Shown here: one piece after another, positions 47,518 to 57,883 of the stretch
How the letters are laid out: every line of letters starts with the position of its first letter
How positions within the stretch are numbered: the stretch's first letter is position 1
From: Myxococcota bacterium
Lineage (GTDB): Bacteria > Myxococcota_A > Polyangia > Nannocystales > Nannocystaceae
Assembly (NCBI GenBank): GCA_039028615.1
Contig: JBCCHT010000052.1
Coordinates: forward strand, 1 to 64,000
DNA length: 64,000 nucleotides
Direction of reading: 5' to 3'
The notes under the pieces: model-generated
What the model was told of the DNA's origin: nothing
Database searches by the model: none
What the model saw: only the letters and a program-made list of their open reading frames with translations
Translations under genes and position numbers: made by a program

Positions 47518-48671
47518 TGCGGCCCCTCCTCGTCGTCCTCGGACAGGTCCCGGGTCTCGTTGCTGCCCAGGTCCAAGCCGTCGACGTCGACGTCTCGGGT
47601 GGCGTCACCGTCGGGTGGGTCGTCTCCGATCGAGCCCGCCGCCCCCGAGGACGCGGCCGGGTTCGAGCGAATCATCCCCGCGATCTCGCCGACGTCGTGC
47701 GCGTCGGTGGGCGTATCGCTGGGCCGAGGGGGACTCGCTCCGCGGGCCTGCTCTTCCATGGCCGAGCGCGAGGTCACCGTGTCGATGTCGCTGGGTCGCT
47801 CGTCCGCGACCGGAATGGCCTGGGTGGCCACCTCGCTGGGAGGCTTGCCGCCCTCTTCGTCGGGCAGGCCGCCCGCCGCCGCCACCGGGTCCATGGGCTC
47901 TTCGATCTCGCCCTTGGCCGCCCCGACCGCCTTCGCCGAGAAGCGAACGCCCATGAAGCCAAAGGCCACGGACAGGGCGGAGAAGCCCAGGTACTTTGGC
48001 ACGGGCATGCCGAGAAACAGGCCGCCCTTGCCGTCGGTGTCGATGAACTCGTTGTAGTTGAAGCGAACGTCGCGGATCGACAGCCAGCACAGCATGAAGC
48101 AGATGGCAGCGGTCAGCGCGAACGACAGGAAGCCGATGGCGGGTCGCAGCTTCTCGGGAATCGCCCGTTGCAGGGCCTCGACCCGCAGGTGTCGGTTCTC
48201 GTAGGTGCACATCGACGCCCCCACGAAGCCGACCCACAACGTCAACATCATCGCCAGCGGTTGCGACCAGATGAGCCCGTTGGGCATCAGGGTCAGCATC
48301 AGCTGGATGAGGCCGTAGGTGACGATCACTCCGATGACCGCGGCCACCAACGCGACCGGAGGCTTGACCATGGTCTCGCGCTTCGCGGAGCGAATCCCGA
48401 AGTACGCCAGCCAGGTGAACACGACGAACAGGATGATCGGCGAGGCGTCGGCGATGCTCTGGTAGGTGGACGACTCGGGCCCGATCTCGCTACCAAACCA
48501 TTTGGCGACCTTCGACGCGATCATCGCGATCTTGCTGTCGTCGCCCGAAAAGCTCCGGTGCACGACGTCGAGGAAGACCACGATGGCCATCACCACCAAG
48601 GAGACGATGACCAGGGTCCGTTCGGCCCGGTACACCATCCGATCGATTCGCTTGTACGCTGATTCCGCCAC
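47514..48671 (-). CDS. dctQ: TRAP transporter small permease
   Basis: LWVGFVGAS...RHLRVE, TM helices; overlaps the dctM start. Confidence 0.8.
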   Translation of the reverse strand: MAESAYKRIDRMVYRAERTLVIVSLVVMAIVVFLDVVHRSFSGDDSKIAMIASKVAKWFGSEIGPESSTYQSIADASPIILFVVFTWLAYFGIRSAKRETMVKPPVALVAAVIGVIVTYGLIQLMLTLMPNGLIWSQPLAMMLTLWVGFVGASMCTYENRHLRVEALQRAIPEKLRPAIGFLSFALTAAICFMLCWLSIRDVRFNYNEFIDTDGKGGLFLGMPVPKYLGFSALSVAFGFMGVRFSAKAVGAAKGEIEEPMDPVAAAGGLPDEEGGKPPSEVATQAIPVADERPSDIDTVTSRSAMEEQARGASPPRPSDTPTDAHDVGEIAGMIRSNPAASSGAAGSIGDDPPDGDATRDVDVDGLDLGSNETRDLSEDDEEGPQ

Positions 48672-48774
48672 CGACGAGGCGCATCGTAGCGCAAACCCGC
48701 GCTCTTCGAAAACACGAAGGGCGGCGGTCGTCGGCTGACGACCCCGCCCTCTCGGCCTGACGCGCGACGCCGCG

Positions 48775-49803
48775 CTACAGGGCGCCCTTGATCTTGTCGA
48801 ACAGGGCCTTGCCCTCGGCGCTCGCCGTGTCGCGAAACTTGTCGTGGACCTCGCCGGCACGCGAAGCGAATGCGGCCCGCTCCGAACCACTCAGCTTGAT
48901 CAGCTCGATTCCGGCATCGACGACGTTCTGGATGAGCAGGTCGCCGATGGCCCGAACGCCGCGGCGTCCCTTCTTGGACAGCTTGGCGGGATCACCCATG
49001 ACGATGGTCTGGAGATCGGCCGGCAGCGTCTCCCAGAACTTGCGCGACAGCACCACCAGGCCGGGCTGGTAGATGTGCTTGGTCAGCGTGAAGTGGGTGA
49101 TGGACTGGTACCAGGACGCCGCGAAGGTGAACAGCGGCGTATTGTCGAAGCCATCGACGACGCCGGTCTGGAGGCTCGACAGTACCTCGGTGACCGCGAT
49201 GGGCACGGGCGAAGCACCGAATGCGCGCCACGTGTTCAGCTGAACGTCGGACTCCTGGGAGCGCATCTTCTTGCCCTTGAGGTCGCCCGGGCTGTGGATG
49301 GGGAAGTTCGACCCCATCGAGCGATAGCCGTTCTCCGAGAAGAACCACAGCTTGTAGCCGCGATCCCAAAGGAGGCGATCGAGGTCGTCGCGGACGACGT
49401 CGTCGAGGATGTGGTCGGCCTTCTTCTCGTTGTCGAAGAGGAAGGGCAGCTCGAGCACGTTGAGCTCGGGCACCGCCGAGGCCAGGGCACCCGCCGTGCC
49501 ACCGAACACCTGAAGGGAGCCGCGCTTGGTGCTCTCGGCAGTGGAGATCTCGTCACCGAGGGCGCCGCCCAGGTAGGTCTTGACCTTGATCCGACCTTCG
49601 CTCTCCTTCTTGATCCTCCGCTTGATCCGCTTCATCTGGTCCGCCCAGGGGGTTCCCGGGGGAGCGACGGTGGCGAGCTTCATGACGTGCTCGGGCTCGT
49701 CGGCGAAGGCCTTGCCTCCGATGAAGAAGGTCGAGGCAGCCGCAGCCGTGGTGCCTTGAACGAAGCGGCGACGGGTCGTGGAAGTCTTGGAACGCTGGGT
49801 CAT
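48775..49803 (-). CDS. dctP: TRAP substrate-binding protein (DctP/TatP) with Tat signal
   Basis: TRRRF, KLATVAPPGTPW, ELPFLF, DLKGKKMR, LQTGVVDG. Confidence 0.9.
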   Translation of the reverse strand: MTQRSKTSTTRRRFVQGTTAAAASTFFIGGKAFADEPEHVMKLATVAPPGTPWADQMKRIKRRIKKESEGRIKVKTYLGGALGDEISTAESTKRGSLQVFGGTAGALASAVPELNVLELPFLFDNEKKADHILDDVVRDDLDRLLWDRGYKLWFFSENGYRSMGSNFPIHSPGDLKGKKMRSQESDVQLNTWRAFGASPVPIAVTEVLSSLQTGVVDGFDNTPLFTFAASWYQSITHFTLTKHIYQPGLVVLSRKFWETLPADLQTIVMGDPAKLSKKGRRGVRAIGDLLIQNVVDAGIELIKLSGSERAAFASRAGEVHDKFRDTASAEGKALFDKIKGAL

Positions 49804-50166
49804 CGGATTTCGCAGCTCCTCTAGGCGAGAGCGGGACGGTCGTTTGCAGGCGACGAAAAGATGTAGGACGGGGAAGGCGGGTGTGTGTGCCCTTTCAAAG
49901 ACCCCCCCGAGTCCGTTGCGCCCCTTGGGACGCCGGTGCAGGCCCCGAGCTTCAATCTCGGGGCACTGATTGAAACGCCCAACGACCCCCAGAAGCAAGC
50001 TCAAACCCGGCCAACTCGCGAATTAACCTAGAGTTTTCGAGCCGGCTGCGTTCGATCCGCGATCGCTCACATTTCGAACGCAACGACGGGCTCGAACCAT
50101 GAACCGGCTCGAACCCGTCGCTCGCCGTAAGTGTTTTACTTACGCACTTCGCTCGTTATCGAACGC

Positions 50167-51051
50167 CTAGAAGAGGTCGTCCTTCTCGGCGAGCAACTCT
50201 TTGGCCTTGGCCTTCTCCACGATCGTCTCGGGGACGAGTTCGGGGATGGCGTCGTCGGGTGCAGCCAGAACCTCGTTGAGAAGCTTGTCGAAGGTGTCCT
50301 CGTCCTGCTGCTTCACGGCGAGCTCGGCCGCCCACAGGACCTTGGTGCCGAGGTAGTTGGCCTCGAGCTCCAGCGACTTGTTGAAGTGGACCTTGGACTT
50401 GTCGAGATCGCCGCCGGCGAAGGCAGGCGCGATGGCGTAGTACGCCCCGAAGTATCGGTGGGGACCGCCATAGAAGAAACCGGGATCGAGCTCGAGGCAG
50501 CGATCCATGGTGGCCTTGACGTTGTCCTTCTGACCGAGCAGGACGGCGAAGCCCTTCTTCTTGGCCCACTTGCCCAGTGCCGCGGCGTACCAATACATCG
50601 CGGGGACACCCTCTTTGGGCACCACCTTGACCGCTTCGGGGATCTTTCCGCCGTCGCGCATCTTGGCCTCGAAGTCGGGGGAGGCGGCGACCATTGCCCG
50701 CTCGCCCCACTTGACCGCCTTGTCCATGGCGTCGAGGTACTCCTTCTCCTGCTCCTTGCCACGAAGGTAGCCGTCGGCGAGGAAGTAGTAGCCGCGGGTG
50801 AGCTTGACGGTGAGGTCGAGATTGCCGGGGTTGGCTTCGGCGGCCTTTTCCCACTCGGTGAGCGCGGCCTTGACGGAAGCCGGATCGGTCCGCTTCTCCC
50901 AGTGCGCGTCACCGGCCGCAGACACGCCATCAGCTGTCGCCGAGGCCGTGTTCGTGGTCTTGCCGGGGTCTTCTTTCCAAACCGCCTTGCGCCCGGCACA
51001 GCCGCAGGGCACGAGGATCGCGAGCGCCAACACGAGGTGCTTGTTCACCAT
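50167..51051 (-). CDS. TRAP-associated TPR lipoprotein (TatT-like)
   Basis: Signal peptide with Cys, helical TPR-like sequence, YYAIAPAFAGGDLDKS; first gene of the TRAP cluster. Confidence 0.7.
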   Translation of the reverse strand: MVNKHLVLALAILVPCGCAGRKAVWKEDPGKTTNTASATADGVSAAGDAHWEKRTDPASVKAALTEWEKAAEANPGNLDLTVKLTRGYYFLADGYLRGKEQEKEYLDAMDKAVKWGERAMVAASPDFEAKMRDGGKIPEAVKVVPKEGVPAMYWYAAALGKWAKKKGFAVLLGQKDNVKATMDRCLELDPGFFYGGPHRYFGAYYAIAPAFAGGDLDKSKVHFNKSLELEANYLGTKVLWAAELAVKQQDEDTFDKLLNEVLAAPDDAIPELVPETIVEKAKAKELLAEKDDLF

Positions 51052-51222
51052 CTTCCGCTTCCTGAATCGATGTTTGCCACGAGCCCGGGTGGATTCGCAC
51101 CGCGACCGTGGCTTCGGTGCGAAATACACCGGCGCCCACACGGGCGTCAAACCGCCCCGAACCGGGCCTGACCGTCCTCACGACCTTGCGCCCGTCGAAC
51201 CATAGGGAGCAAGCTCGCGCGC

Positions 51223-52503
51223 ATGGCACGGAGGGTCGAGACCTGGTTGGCTCGTGCGTCGCCAGCTGCGTTTTCCACCTACGCAATCGTCGCCGCGTTC
51301 GTCGCGTATTTTTGCATGTACGGCTTCCGAAAGCCGTTCGCCGCCGCAACGTTCTCCGGTGAAGGCCTGTGGGGCCTCGACCTCAAGACCACGTTGGTCC
51401 TCGGCCAGGTCGTCGGCTACACGATATCCAAGTTCCTCGGCGTCAAGCTGGTCACCGAGCTGCCGTCGCATCGCCGAGCCATCGTCTTGGTGGGGCTCAT
51501 CGGCACGGCCGAGCTGGCCCTCGCCGCCTTCGGGGCGCTGCCGCCGTGGCTCAAGCCGCTGGCCATCTTCTGTAATGGGCTGCCGCTGGGCGCGGTCTGG
51601 GGCCTGGTGTTCGGCTTCCTCGAGGGGCGTCGAACCTCGGAGATCCTGGGCGCGGGCTTGAGTGCCTCGTACATCGTGGCCAGCGGCGCGGTGAAATCGG
51701 TGGGGGCGTGGCTGTTGAACACGGGCGTGACCGAAGCCTGGATGCCCTTCGTCACCGGGCTGCTGTTTCTGCCGCCGTTTTTCCTCGCGGTCTGGATGCT
51801 CTCGCAACTACCGCCGCCCGCGGCCGAAGACATCGCCGCGCGAACCCAACGCGAGCCGATGACCGGCGCGGCGCGGCGCGAGTTCTTCGGGCGCTTCGCC
51901 ACCGGCCTCATCGCCTTGGTTGCGCTGTACACCTTGCTGACCGCGTACCGTGATTTCCGGGACAACTTCGCGGCCGAAATCTGGGCGGCGGTGGGGCACC
52001 CCAAGGCGGCGGCGCTGTTCACCATCACCGAGATCCCGGTCGCGTGCGCGGTGCTGCTCGGCCTCGCCCTGCTCTATCGCGTTCGCGACAATCGCCGCGC
52101 GTTCTTTGCCGTGCACGGAGTGATGGCCGGCGGCGCCGTCCTGATCGGCGTGGCCACGCTGCTGTTCGACTCGGGCGTGCTGTCGGCCGCGGTGTGGATG
52201 GTGCTCGTCGGCACGGGCCTGTACCTGGCGTACGTGCCCTACGGCTGCATGCTCTTCGATCGATTGATCGCAGCGACGGGCGCGGCGGGGACGGCCGTGT
52301 TCATGATCTACGTGACGGACGCCTTCGGGTACGCCGGCTCGATCGGCGTGCTGCTGTACAAGCTCTTCGGCCAGCCCGATCTGTCGTGGCTGGAGTTCTT
52401 CCGCAGCTTTTCCTACGTGACGAGTGTGGTGTGTACGGCCGCGTTCGGGGTCAGTGCGTGGTACTTCGGCCGCCGCATGCCGCGGCCCGACGCCTCGTGC
52501 TAG
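51223..52503 (+). CDS. Multi-pass membrane protein (DUF5690/MFS-like)
   Basis: YFCMYGFRKPF, FLEGRR, RDFRDNF and about 12 hydrophobic segments. Confidence 0.75.
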   Translation: MARRVETWLARASPAAFSTYAIVAAFVAYFCMYGFRKPFAAATFSGEGLWGLDLKTTLVLGQVVGYTISKFLGVKLVTELPSHRRAIVLVGLIGTAELALAAFGALPPWLKPLAIFCNGLPLGAVWGLVFGFLEGRRTSEILGAGLSASYIVASGAVKSVGAWLLNTGVTEAWMPFVTGLLFLPPFFLAVWMLSQLPPPAAEDIAARTQREPMTGAARREFFGRFATGLIALVALYTLLTAYRDFRDNFAAEIWAAVGHPKAAALFTITEIPVACAVLLGLALLYRVRDNRRAFFAVHGVMAGGAVLIGVATLLFDSGVLSAAVWMVLVGTGLYLAYVPYGCMLFDRLIAATGAAGTAVFMIYVTDAFGYAGSIGVLLYKLFGQPDLSWLEFFRSFSYVTSVVCTAAFGVSAWYFGRRMPRPDASC

Positions 52504-52522
52504 AACGTCGCGCGAGTCGGCC

Positions 52523-53203
52523 ATGCCCCTGAGTCCCGGAATCCACTGGTTTTCGCCCACCCTGCCGCTGCACGTCTTCGACGCGGACAAACCCGGTCCC
52601 ACCGCGCTCATTCAGGCGGGCATCCACGGCGACGAGGTTGCGGGCGTGCACGCTCTGGCCGAGCTGCTCGAAGAAGAGATTCGCCCCACCCACGGCCGAC
52701 TGATCGTGGTGCCGGTGATGAACCCGCCCGCGTACCGGGCTCGCGAGCGCAAGCCTCCAGGCGGGCTCGATCTCAACCGCTGCTTCCCCGGCGACGCCGA
52801 TGCGCCCGAGCGCGAGTATCGACTCGCGCGTCGCTTCATGGATCTGGTGCTCGACGAGAAGCCCGCGCTCGTCACCACGCTGCACGAGAGCCACAAGCGC
52901 TACGACCCGAAGGTCACACCATCCTTCGGTCAGACGATCGTCTATGGCGTCGAGCCCATGCCCGAGATCGTCGGGCGCGTGCTCGCACGATTGAACGAGC
53001 GCTTCACCGGCGACAACGAGCACTTCGATCCGCAGTACTACCCGGTCGCGACTTCGTCCACCGAGGTCATCGTCGACGCGGTCGGTTGCATCGGCCTGTG
53101 CATCGAGACGTGGATGGGCTTCGAAGAGGCGCGCAGAATCGAGATGCAACGCGCGGTCGTCGAGTACCTGCTCGACGATATCGGCGTTCGTAAGCTCGAC
53201 TGA
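52523..53203 (+). CDS. Succinylglutamate desuccinylase/aspartoacylase (M14) family
   Basis: GIHGDE, DLNRCFPG, LHES. Confidence 0.8.
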   Translation: MPLSPGIHWFSPTLPLHVFDADKPGPTALIQAGIHGDEVAGVHALAELLEEEIRPTHGRLIVVPVMNPPAYRARERKPPGGLDLNRCFPGDADAPEREYRLARRFMDLVLDEKPALVTTLHESHKRYDPKVTPSFGQTIVYGVEPMPEIVGRVLARLNERFTGDNEHFDPQYYPVATSSTEVIVDAVGCIGLCIETWMGFEEARRIEMQRAVVEYLLDDIGVRKLD

Positions 53204-53280
53204 GCGAGCGTCCTACACCGGGCCCGACGATCCCCGCGACACACGGCTCACCTCGCGCTACCATTGTGCGCGTCGGTCCA

Positions 53281-53496
53281 ATGGGTGAAGTCATCAACTT
53301 GGCGAACGCGCGCAAGCGCAAGCAACGGGAAGCCCGCAAGCGGCAGGCCGATGCCAACGCGCTGGCGCACGGCCGCACCAAGAACGAGAAACTCCGCGAC
53401 CGACTCGAGCGGGCCCACCGCGAAGCGGTCCTCGACGGCGCCCGCGTCGAAGAAAACGACGGCGGCAACGACGACGAGCCGCCCGCCGAGACCTGA
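53281..53496 (+). CDS. DUF4169-like small protein
   Basis: MGEVINLANARKRK...ANALAHGRTK. Confidence 0.7.
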   Translation: MGEVINLANARKRKQREARKRQADANALAHGRTKNEKLRDRLERAHREAVLDGARVEENDGGNDDEPPAET

Positions 53497-53547
53497 ACGA
53501 ACCCTGCCGCGGAGAAAATTCCGAGCATCGCCGCTATGCTTGCGCCG

Positions 53548-54315
53548 ATGTCCATGGCTTTTGCTCTGCGCGCCCCCCTATTCGTGTCGGTGATCGGCAC
53601 GGCCCTCTTGCTCGGTGGCTGTCCCGGCGACGACTCCGGTGAGACGACCGCGGCTGGCAGCTCCAGCACCGCGTCGACGCCCGCGACCTCCGACGGCGGC
53701 TCGACCGGCGAGGCGGAGGACTCCAGCGGGACCCCCCAGCCCACCACCGACGATCCGACGACCAGCGCGGGCTCCTCGGAAGAGGGTGACACCACGGCGG
53801 CCACGACCGAGGGCGACGGCAACAGCGTCATCATGGAGACCTCGCTGGGCACGCTGGTGATCGAGCTGGCGCCCGAAGAGGCGCCGGTCACCGTGGCCAA
53901 CTTCCTGGCCTATGTCGACGCTGGCTTCTACGACGGCACCGATGGCATGGAGCCCACCATCTTCCATCGCATCGTGCCCGGCTTCGTGATCCAGGGCGGC
54001 GGCCTCACCGAGACCCTCGCCAACAAGCCGACCATGCCGCCCATCGTCAACGAGTTCGGCAACGGCCTGCTCAACGATCGGGGCACGCTGTCGATGGCCC
54101 GCACCATGGATCCGGACAGCGCCACCTCGCAGTTTTTCATCAACCTGGTGGACAACGATGGCCTCGACGTCCCGCCGGGCTACGCCGTGTTCGGGCGCGT
54201 GACCGAGGGCCTGGACATCGTCGATGCGATCGCCGCAGTCGAGACCACGGACATGCCGCCGTACCAGGGCGTGCCCGTCGTGCCCGTGATCATTCTTTCG
54301 GCCACCGTGCAGTAA
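53548..54315 (+). CDS. Cyclophilin-type peptidyl-prolyl isomerase, lipoprotein
   Basis: APVTVANF, FHRIVPGFVIQGGG, SATSQFFIN. Confidence 0.9.
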   Translation: MSMAFALRAPLFVSVIGTALLLGGCPGDDSGETTAAGSSSTASTPATSDGGSTGEAEDSSGTPQPTTDDPTTSAGSSEEGDTTAATTEGDGNSVIMETSLGTLVIELAPEEAPVTVANFLAYVDAGFYDGTDGMEPTIFHRIVPGFVIQGGGLTETLANKPTMPPIVNEFGNGLLNDRGTLSMARTMDPDSATSQFFINLVDNDGLDVPPGYAVFGRVTEGLDIVDAIAAVETTDMPPYQGVPVVPVIILSATVQ

Positions 54316-54428
54316 GCGCAGCGGTTGCCGCGCAGGCTCTGAAGAACCGCGGGGCGGGGCTTCGGAGCCGTGTTCTGGCTCGTTTGCAACCGAGTCGGGC
54401 TGCGGTACACCTGCTCACGGGACCCGGC

Positions 54429-55019
54429 ATGGACGCAGCATCGACCGCATCGACCGCATCGAGCATTCCTCGTGCCCCTGTCGCCCATCCGCTGGTGCAG
54501 CGGGCGGACGAAATCTTCGCCCGCACCAGTCCCTACGACGGCGTCGGCTTCGTCAACCACTGCCGCCGCCTGTTCCACTTCACCGCATCGTTGATGGAGC
54601 TGCGCGGCGTCGACTTCGACCCCGCCCTCGCCTACTTCATCGCGATGGTGCACGACCTCGGCATCGTGTCCGAGCAGGACCAGGGCAAGAACTACCTGCG
54701 CCGCAGCCTGGCCCTGTTCCACCGCGAGACGGCGGAGCTGTCGCTGCCCGACGCCGACCCCGAGGTCATCGAGCAGTGCCTGGTCTACAACCACCGCGTG
54801 CTGCCCGTGCCCGGCCTCAGCGACGCCGCCGAGTGCTTCCGCAACGCGGTGATGATGGAGCATAGCCACGGGCTGCTGCGCTTCGGCCTCGACAAGCAGC
54901 AGATCAAGCCCGTGTTCGCCGAGTACCCCCGAGGCAACTTCGACCGCGTGCTGCTGGACTTCACGTGGCGAACCATCTCCCGCGAGCCGCTGACGCTGGT
55001 CCGCGGGATTTTCCTCTGA
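54429..55019 (+). CDS. HD-domain-like protein
   Basis: NHCRR...VHDLGI. Confidence 0.6.
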   Translation: MDAASTASTASSIPRAPVAHPLVQRADEIFARTSPYDGVGFVNHCRRLFHFTASLMELRGVDFDPALAYFIAMVHDLGIVSEQDQGKNYLRRSLALFHRETAELSLPDADPEVIEQCLVYNHRVLPVPGLSDAAECFRNAVMMEHSHGLLRFGLDKQQIKPVFAEYPRGNFDRVLLDFTWRTISREPLTLVRGIFL

Positions 55020-55036
55020 GCGTGGAAAGACAACCC

Positions 55037-55312
55037 ATGGACGATCGCACTCGAGTGGAGATCGAGGCGGCGGCCTTTCGCCGCCTCGTCGAGCACCTGC
55101 AATCCCGCACGGACGTGCAGAACATCGACTTGATGAACCTGGCCGGGTTCTGCCGCAACTGCCTGAGCAAGTGGTACCGCGCCGAGGCCGAAGAGCACGG
55201 CGAGGCCATGGAGCTCGAGCAAGCGCGCGAGCGGGTCTACGGCATGCCCTACGCGGACTGGAAGGCCAAGCACCAGACGGGCCCCAAGGTCGACCTGCCT
55301 CCCAAGGCCTGA
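55037..55312 (+). CDS. DUF1244 family protein
   Basis: EAAAFRRL, QNIDLMNLAGFCRNCL, YGMPY. Confidence 0.85.
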   Translation: MDDRTRVEIEAAAFRRLVEHLQSRTDVQNIDLMNLAGFCRNCLSKWYRAEAEEHGEAMELEQARERVYGMPYADWKAKHQTGPKVDLPPKA

Positions 55313-55328
55313 GACGCGAGCGCTTCCG

Positions 55329-55748
55329 ATGCGGCACCACCTCGAGCGACTCACCGTCGCGACACCCGGACGCGGCACGACCGACATCACCGCCCCGGTG
55401 CAGCAGGTCGTGCGAGCGGCCGAGGTGCAGCAGGGTCAGTGCACCGTGTTCGTGCACCACACCTCGGCCTCGCTCATCATCTGCGAGAACGCGGACCCGG
55501 CCGTGCGTCGCGACCTCGAGGCCTTCGCCGCTCGCCTCGTCCCTGACGGTGACCCGCTATACGAACACGTCGACGAAGGCCCGGACGACATGCCGGCCCA
55601 CGTGCGCAGCATCCTGACGCAGTGCTCGATCACCATCCCCGTCGATCGCGGTCGAGCCGACCTGGGGACGTGGCAGGGCATCTATCTGTGGGAGCACCGC
55701 CACGCCGCGCATCGCCGCACGGTCACCGTCACCGTGCTCGGCCGCTGA
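55329..55748 (+). CDS. yjbQ: YjbQ (UPF0047) family protein
   Basis: HTSASL..CENADP, DDMPAH, LGTWQGIYL. Confidence 0.9.
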   Translation: MRHHLERLTVATPGRGTTDITAPVQQVVRAAEVQQGQCTVFVHHTSASLIICENADPAVRRDLEAFAARLVPDGDPLYEHVDEGPDDMPAHVRSILTQCSITIPVDRGRADLGTWQGIYLWEHRHAAHRRTVTVTVLGR

Positions 55749-55766
55749 ACGAGAGAGCGCAACGCC

Positions 55767-56612
55767 ATGGCCAACGCCGCACGCAAACGACTCGGTCGCG
55801 CCATGACCCGCACCATCGCGAGCCACGGGCTCGTGGAGGCCGGCGACAAGATCATGGTCGCGGTCTCGGGCGGCAAGGACAGCTACACCCTGCTCGACCT
55901 TCTGTGGGAAGCCCGACGACGCGCGCCCTTTCCCTTCGACGTCGTCGCGGTGCACCTCGATCAAGGACAGCCCGGCTACGACGGCGCTCCGTTGCGCGGC
56001 TGGCTCGAGCGCTTCGGGGCCCCCTTCGAGATCGTCGAGCAGGACACCTACACCACCGTGCTTCGCCTGACTGCGGCGGGGAAGAGCTACTGCGGCCCCT
56101 GCTCGCGCATGCGCCGAGGCATCCTCTACACCACCGCGGAGCGCCTGGGGTGCAACAAGATCGCCTTGGGGCACCATCGTGACGACGCGCTCGAGACCCT
56201 GCTGCTCAACCTCTTTTATGCAGGCAAGCTGCAAGCGATGCCCGCCGGATACACCACCGACGACGGGCGCTTCGAGGTGATTCGCCCCCTCATCGAGTGT
56301 GCCGAAGCCGACATCATCGAGCATGCAGCCGAAGCTGCATATCCCATTCTTCCCTGCAATTTGTGCGGTTCACAGGATGGTCTGCATCGACAGAAGATGG
56401 GCGAGCTGCTGCGGACGCTCGAGCAGGACAACCCGCATGTGCGCTCGGTGATGCTCAATGCGCTGCGCAACGTGCGGCCGACCCACCTGCTCGACCCCAC
56501 CGTCATGCGACGTCCCGCCCCGTCAACCGGAACCGATGCAGCCGAGCCCGAGGCCTCGGCGCAGCCCCGCCACCGCTTGCGGGTCATCGACGACGCCGAG
56601 TCGGTAGGCTAG
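55767..56612 (+). CDS. ttcA: tRNA 2-thiocytidine(32) synthetase
   Basis: SGGKDS, CGPCSRMRRG, GHHRDD, IRPL, CNLCG. Confidence 0.9.
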   Translation: MANAARKRLGRAMTRTIASHGLVEAGDKIMVAVSGGKDSYTLLDLLWEARRRAPFPFDVVAVHLDQGQPGYDGAPLRGWLERFGAPFEIVEQDTYTTVLRLTAAGKSYCGPCSRMRRGILYTTAERLGCNKIALGHHRDDALETLLLNLFYAGKLQAMPAGYTTDDGRFEVIRPLIECAEADIIEHAAEAAYPILPCNLCGSQDGLHRQKMGELLRTLEQDNPHVRSVMLNALRNVRPTHLLDPTVMRRPAPSTGTDAAEPEASAQPRHRLRVIDDAESVG

Positions 56613-56623
56613 CCTCGTCGACC

Positions 56624-57883
56624 GTGAAGCTTCAGGATCTCAAAGGCGAAAAGCTCGGCATCTGCGTCTCGGGAGGGCTCGACTCCAAGACGGTGACCCT
56701 GCGGCTCCGCGAAGAGGGTCTCGACGTGCTCGGCTTTACGGCCGACCTCGCCCAGCCCGACGAAGAGGACATCAACGACGTCGCCGAGCGCATGGCGACC
56801 ACCGGGGCCGAGACGGTCATCGTCGATCTCAAAGACGAGATGGCGGAGGCCTGCTACATGATGATCAAGGCCCAGGCGATGTACGACGGGGGCTACTGGA
56901 ACACCACGGGCATCGCCCGGGCGGTGACCGTGCAGGGCCTTCTGGGGCCGATGCGCGACCGAGGCTGCACCGTGCTCGTGCACGGAGCCACCGGCCGCGG
57001 CAACGACCAGATCCGTTTCGAGCGCTACACCAACACGCTCGCGCCGGACATGAAGGTGTACGCGCCCTGGCGTGACGACGCGCTGCTCGAGCAGTTCCCC
57101 GGTCGCATGCAGATGGCCGCCTACCTGCAAGACCGCGGCATCGAGGCCAAGGTCGAGAAGAAGCGCTACTCCACCGATGCCAACCTCGCCGGCCTGTCGC
57201 ACGAGGCCGAGGACCTCGAGGACCTGAGCACCTCCGAGCTCATCGTCGATCCCGACATGGGCGTGTGGCCGCACCAGGCCCCCGAGGAGCCGGAAGACTT
57301 CACCGCCCGCTTCGAGGCGGGTCGCTGCGTGGCGATCAACGGCGAGGCGGTCACGCCCCTGCAGGCCATGCTGCGCGCCAACCAGATCGCCGGTCGCAAC
57401 GGCATCGGCATGCGCAACGCGCTCGAGAACCGAGTCATCGGCACCAAGAGCCGCGGCGTGTACGAGGCCCCCGGCCTCGAGCTGCTCGGGCACTGCCTGC
57501 GCGCTGTCTACCAGACCACCATGGATCGCCGCTCGACCGGCTTGTTCCACGCGATGTCTCGACTCATCGCCGAGCAGGTCTACGACGCTCGCCTCTTCGA
57601 CCCGGGAGCTCGGGCCGCACTGGCGGGCATCGACGTGCTGGCCAGCTACGCCACCGCCGAGGTTCACGTGTCGCTGTATCGCGGCAACATCTACTTCGAA
57701 AACCTCATCGACTGCCCGCACTCGCTGTACAACCCCGCCGATGCATCGATGGAGGCGAGCGATGGTCTCGACCCTCGCAGCGCTCAGGGCTTCGTCGAGG
57801 TGCAGGCCTGCGAGGCGTTGAACATTGCCCGGGCGGGGCAGATCGCCAACCCCTTCTGGGGCCAGGGCAAGGGCCAGGGCTGA
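56624..57883 (+). CDS. argG: Argininosuccinate synthase
   Basis: SGGLDS, HGATGRGNDQIRF, YSTDANL, KSRGVYEAPG. Confidence 0.9.
   Translation: MKLQDLKGEKLGICVSGGLDSKTVTLRLREEGLDVLGFTADLAQPDEEDINDVAERMATTGAETVIVDLKDEMAEACYMMIKAQAMYDGGYWNTTGIARAVTVQGLLGPMRDRGCTVLVHGATGRGNDQIRFERYTNTLAPDMKVYAPWRDDALLEQFPGRMQMAAYLQDRGIEAKVEKKRYSTDANLAGLSHEAEDLEDLSTSELIVDPDMGVWPHQAPEEPEDFTARFEAGRCVAINGEAVTPLQAMLRANQIAGRNGIGMRNALENRVIGTKSRGVYEAPGLELLGHCLRAVYQTTMDRRSTGLFHAMSRLIAEQVYDARLFDPGARAALAGIDVLASYATAEVHVSLYRGNIYFENLIDCPHSLYNPADASMEASDGLDPRSAQGFVEVQACEALNIARAGQIANPFWGQGKGQG

Noticed and set aside
49804..50166. 6S RNA, tRNA or riboswitch call
   Set aside because: No recognisable consensus by eye; kept only as a low-interest structured spacer.
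54437..54462. GCATCGACC tandem repeat as a phase-variation tract
   Set aside because: A 9-bp in-frame unit with about three copies cannot shift the frame.
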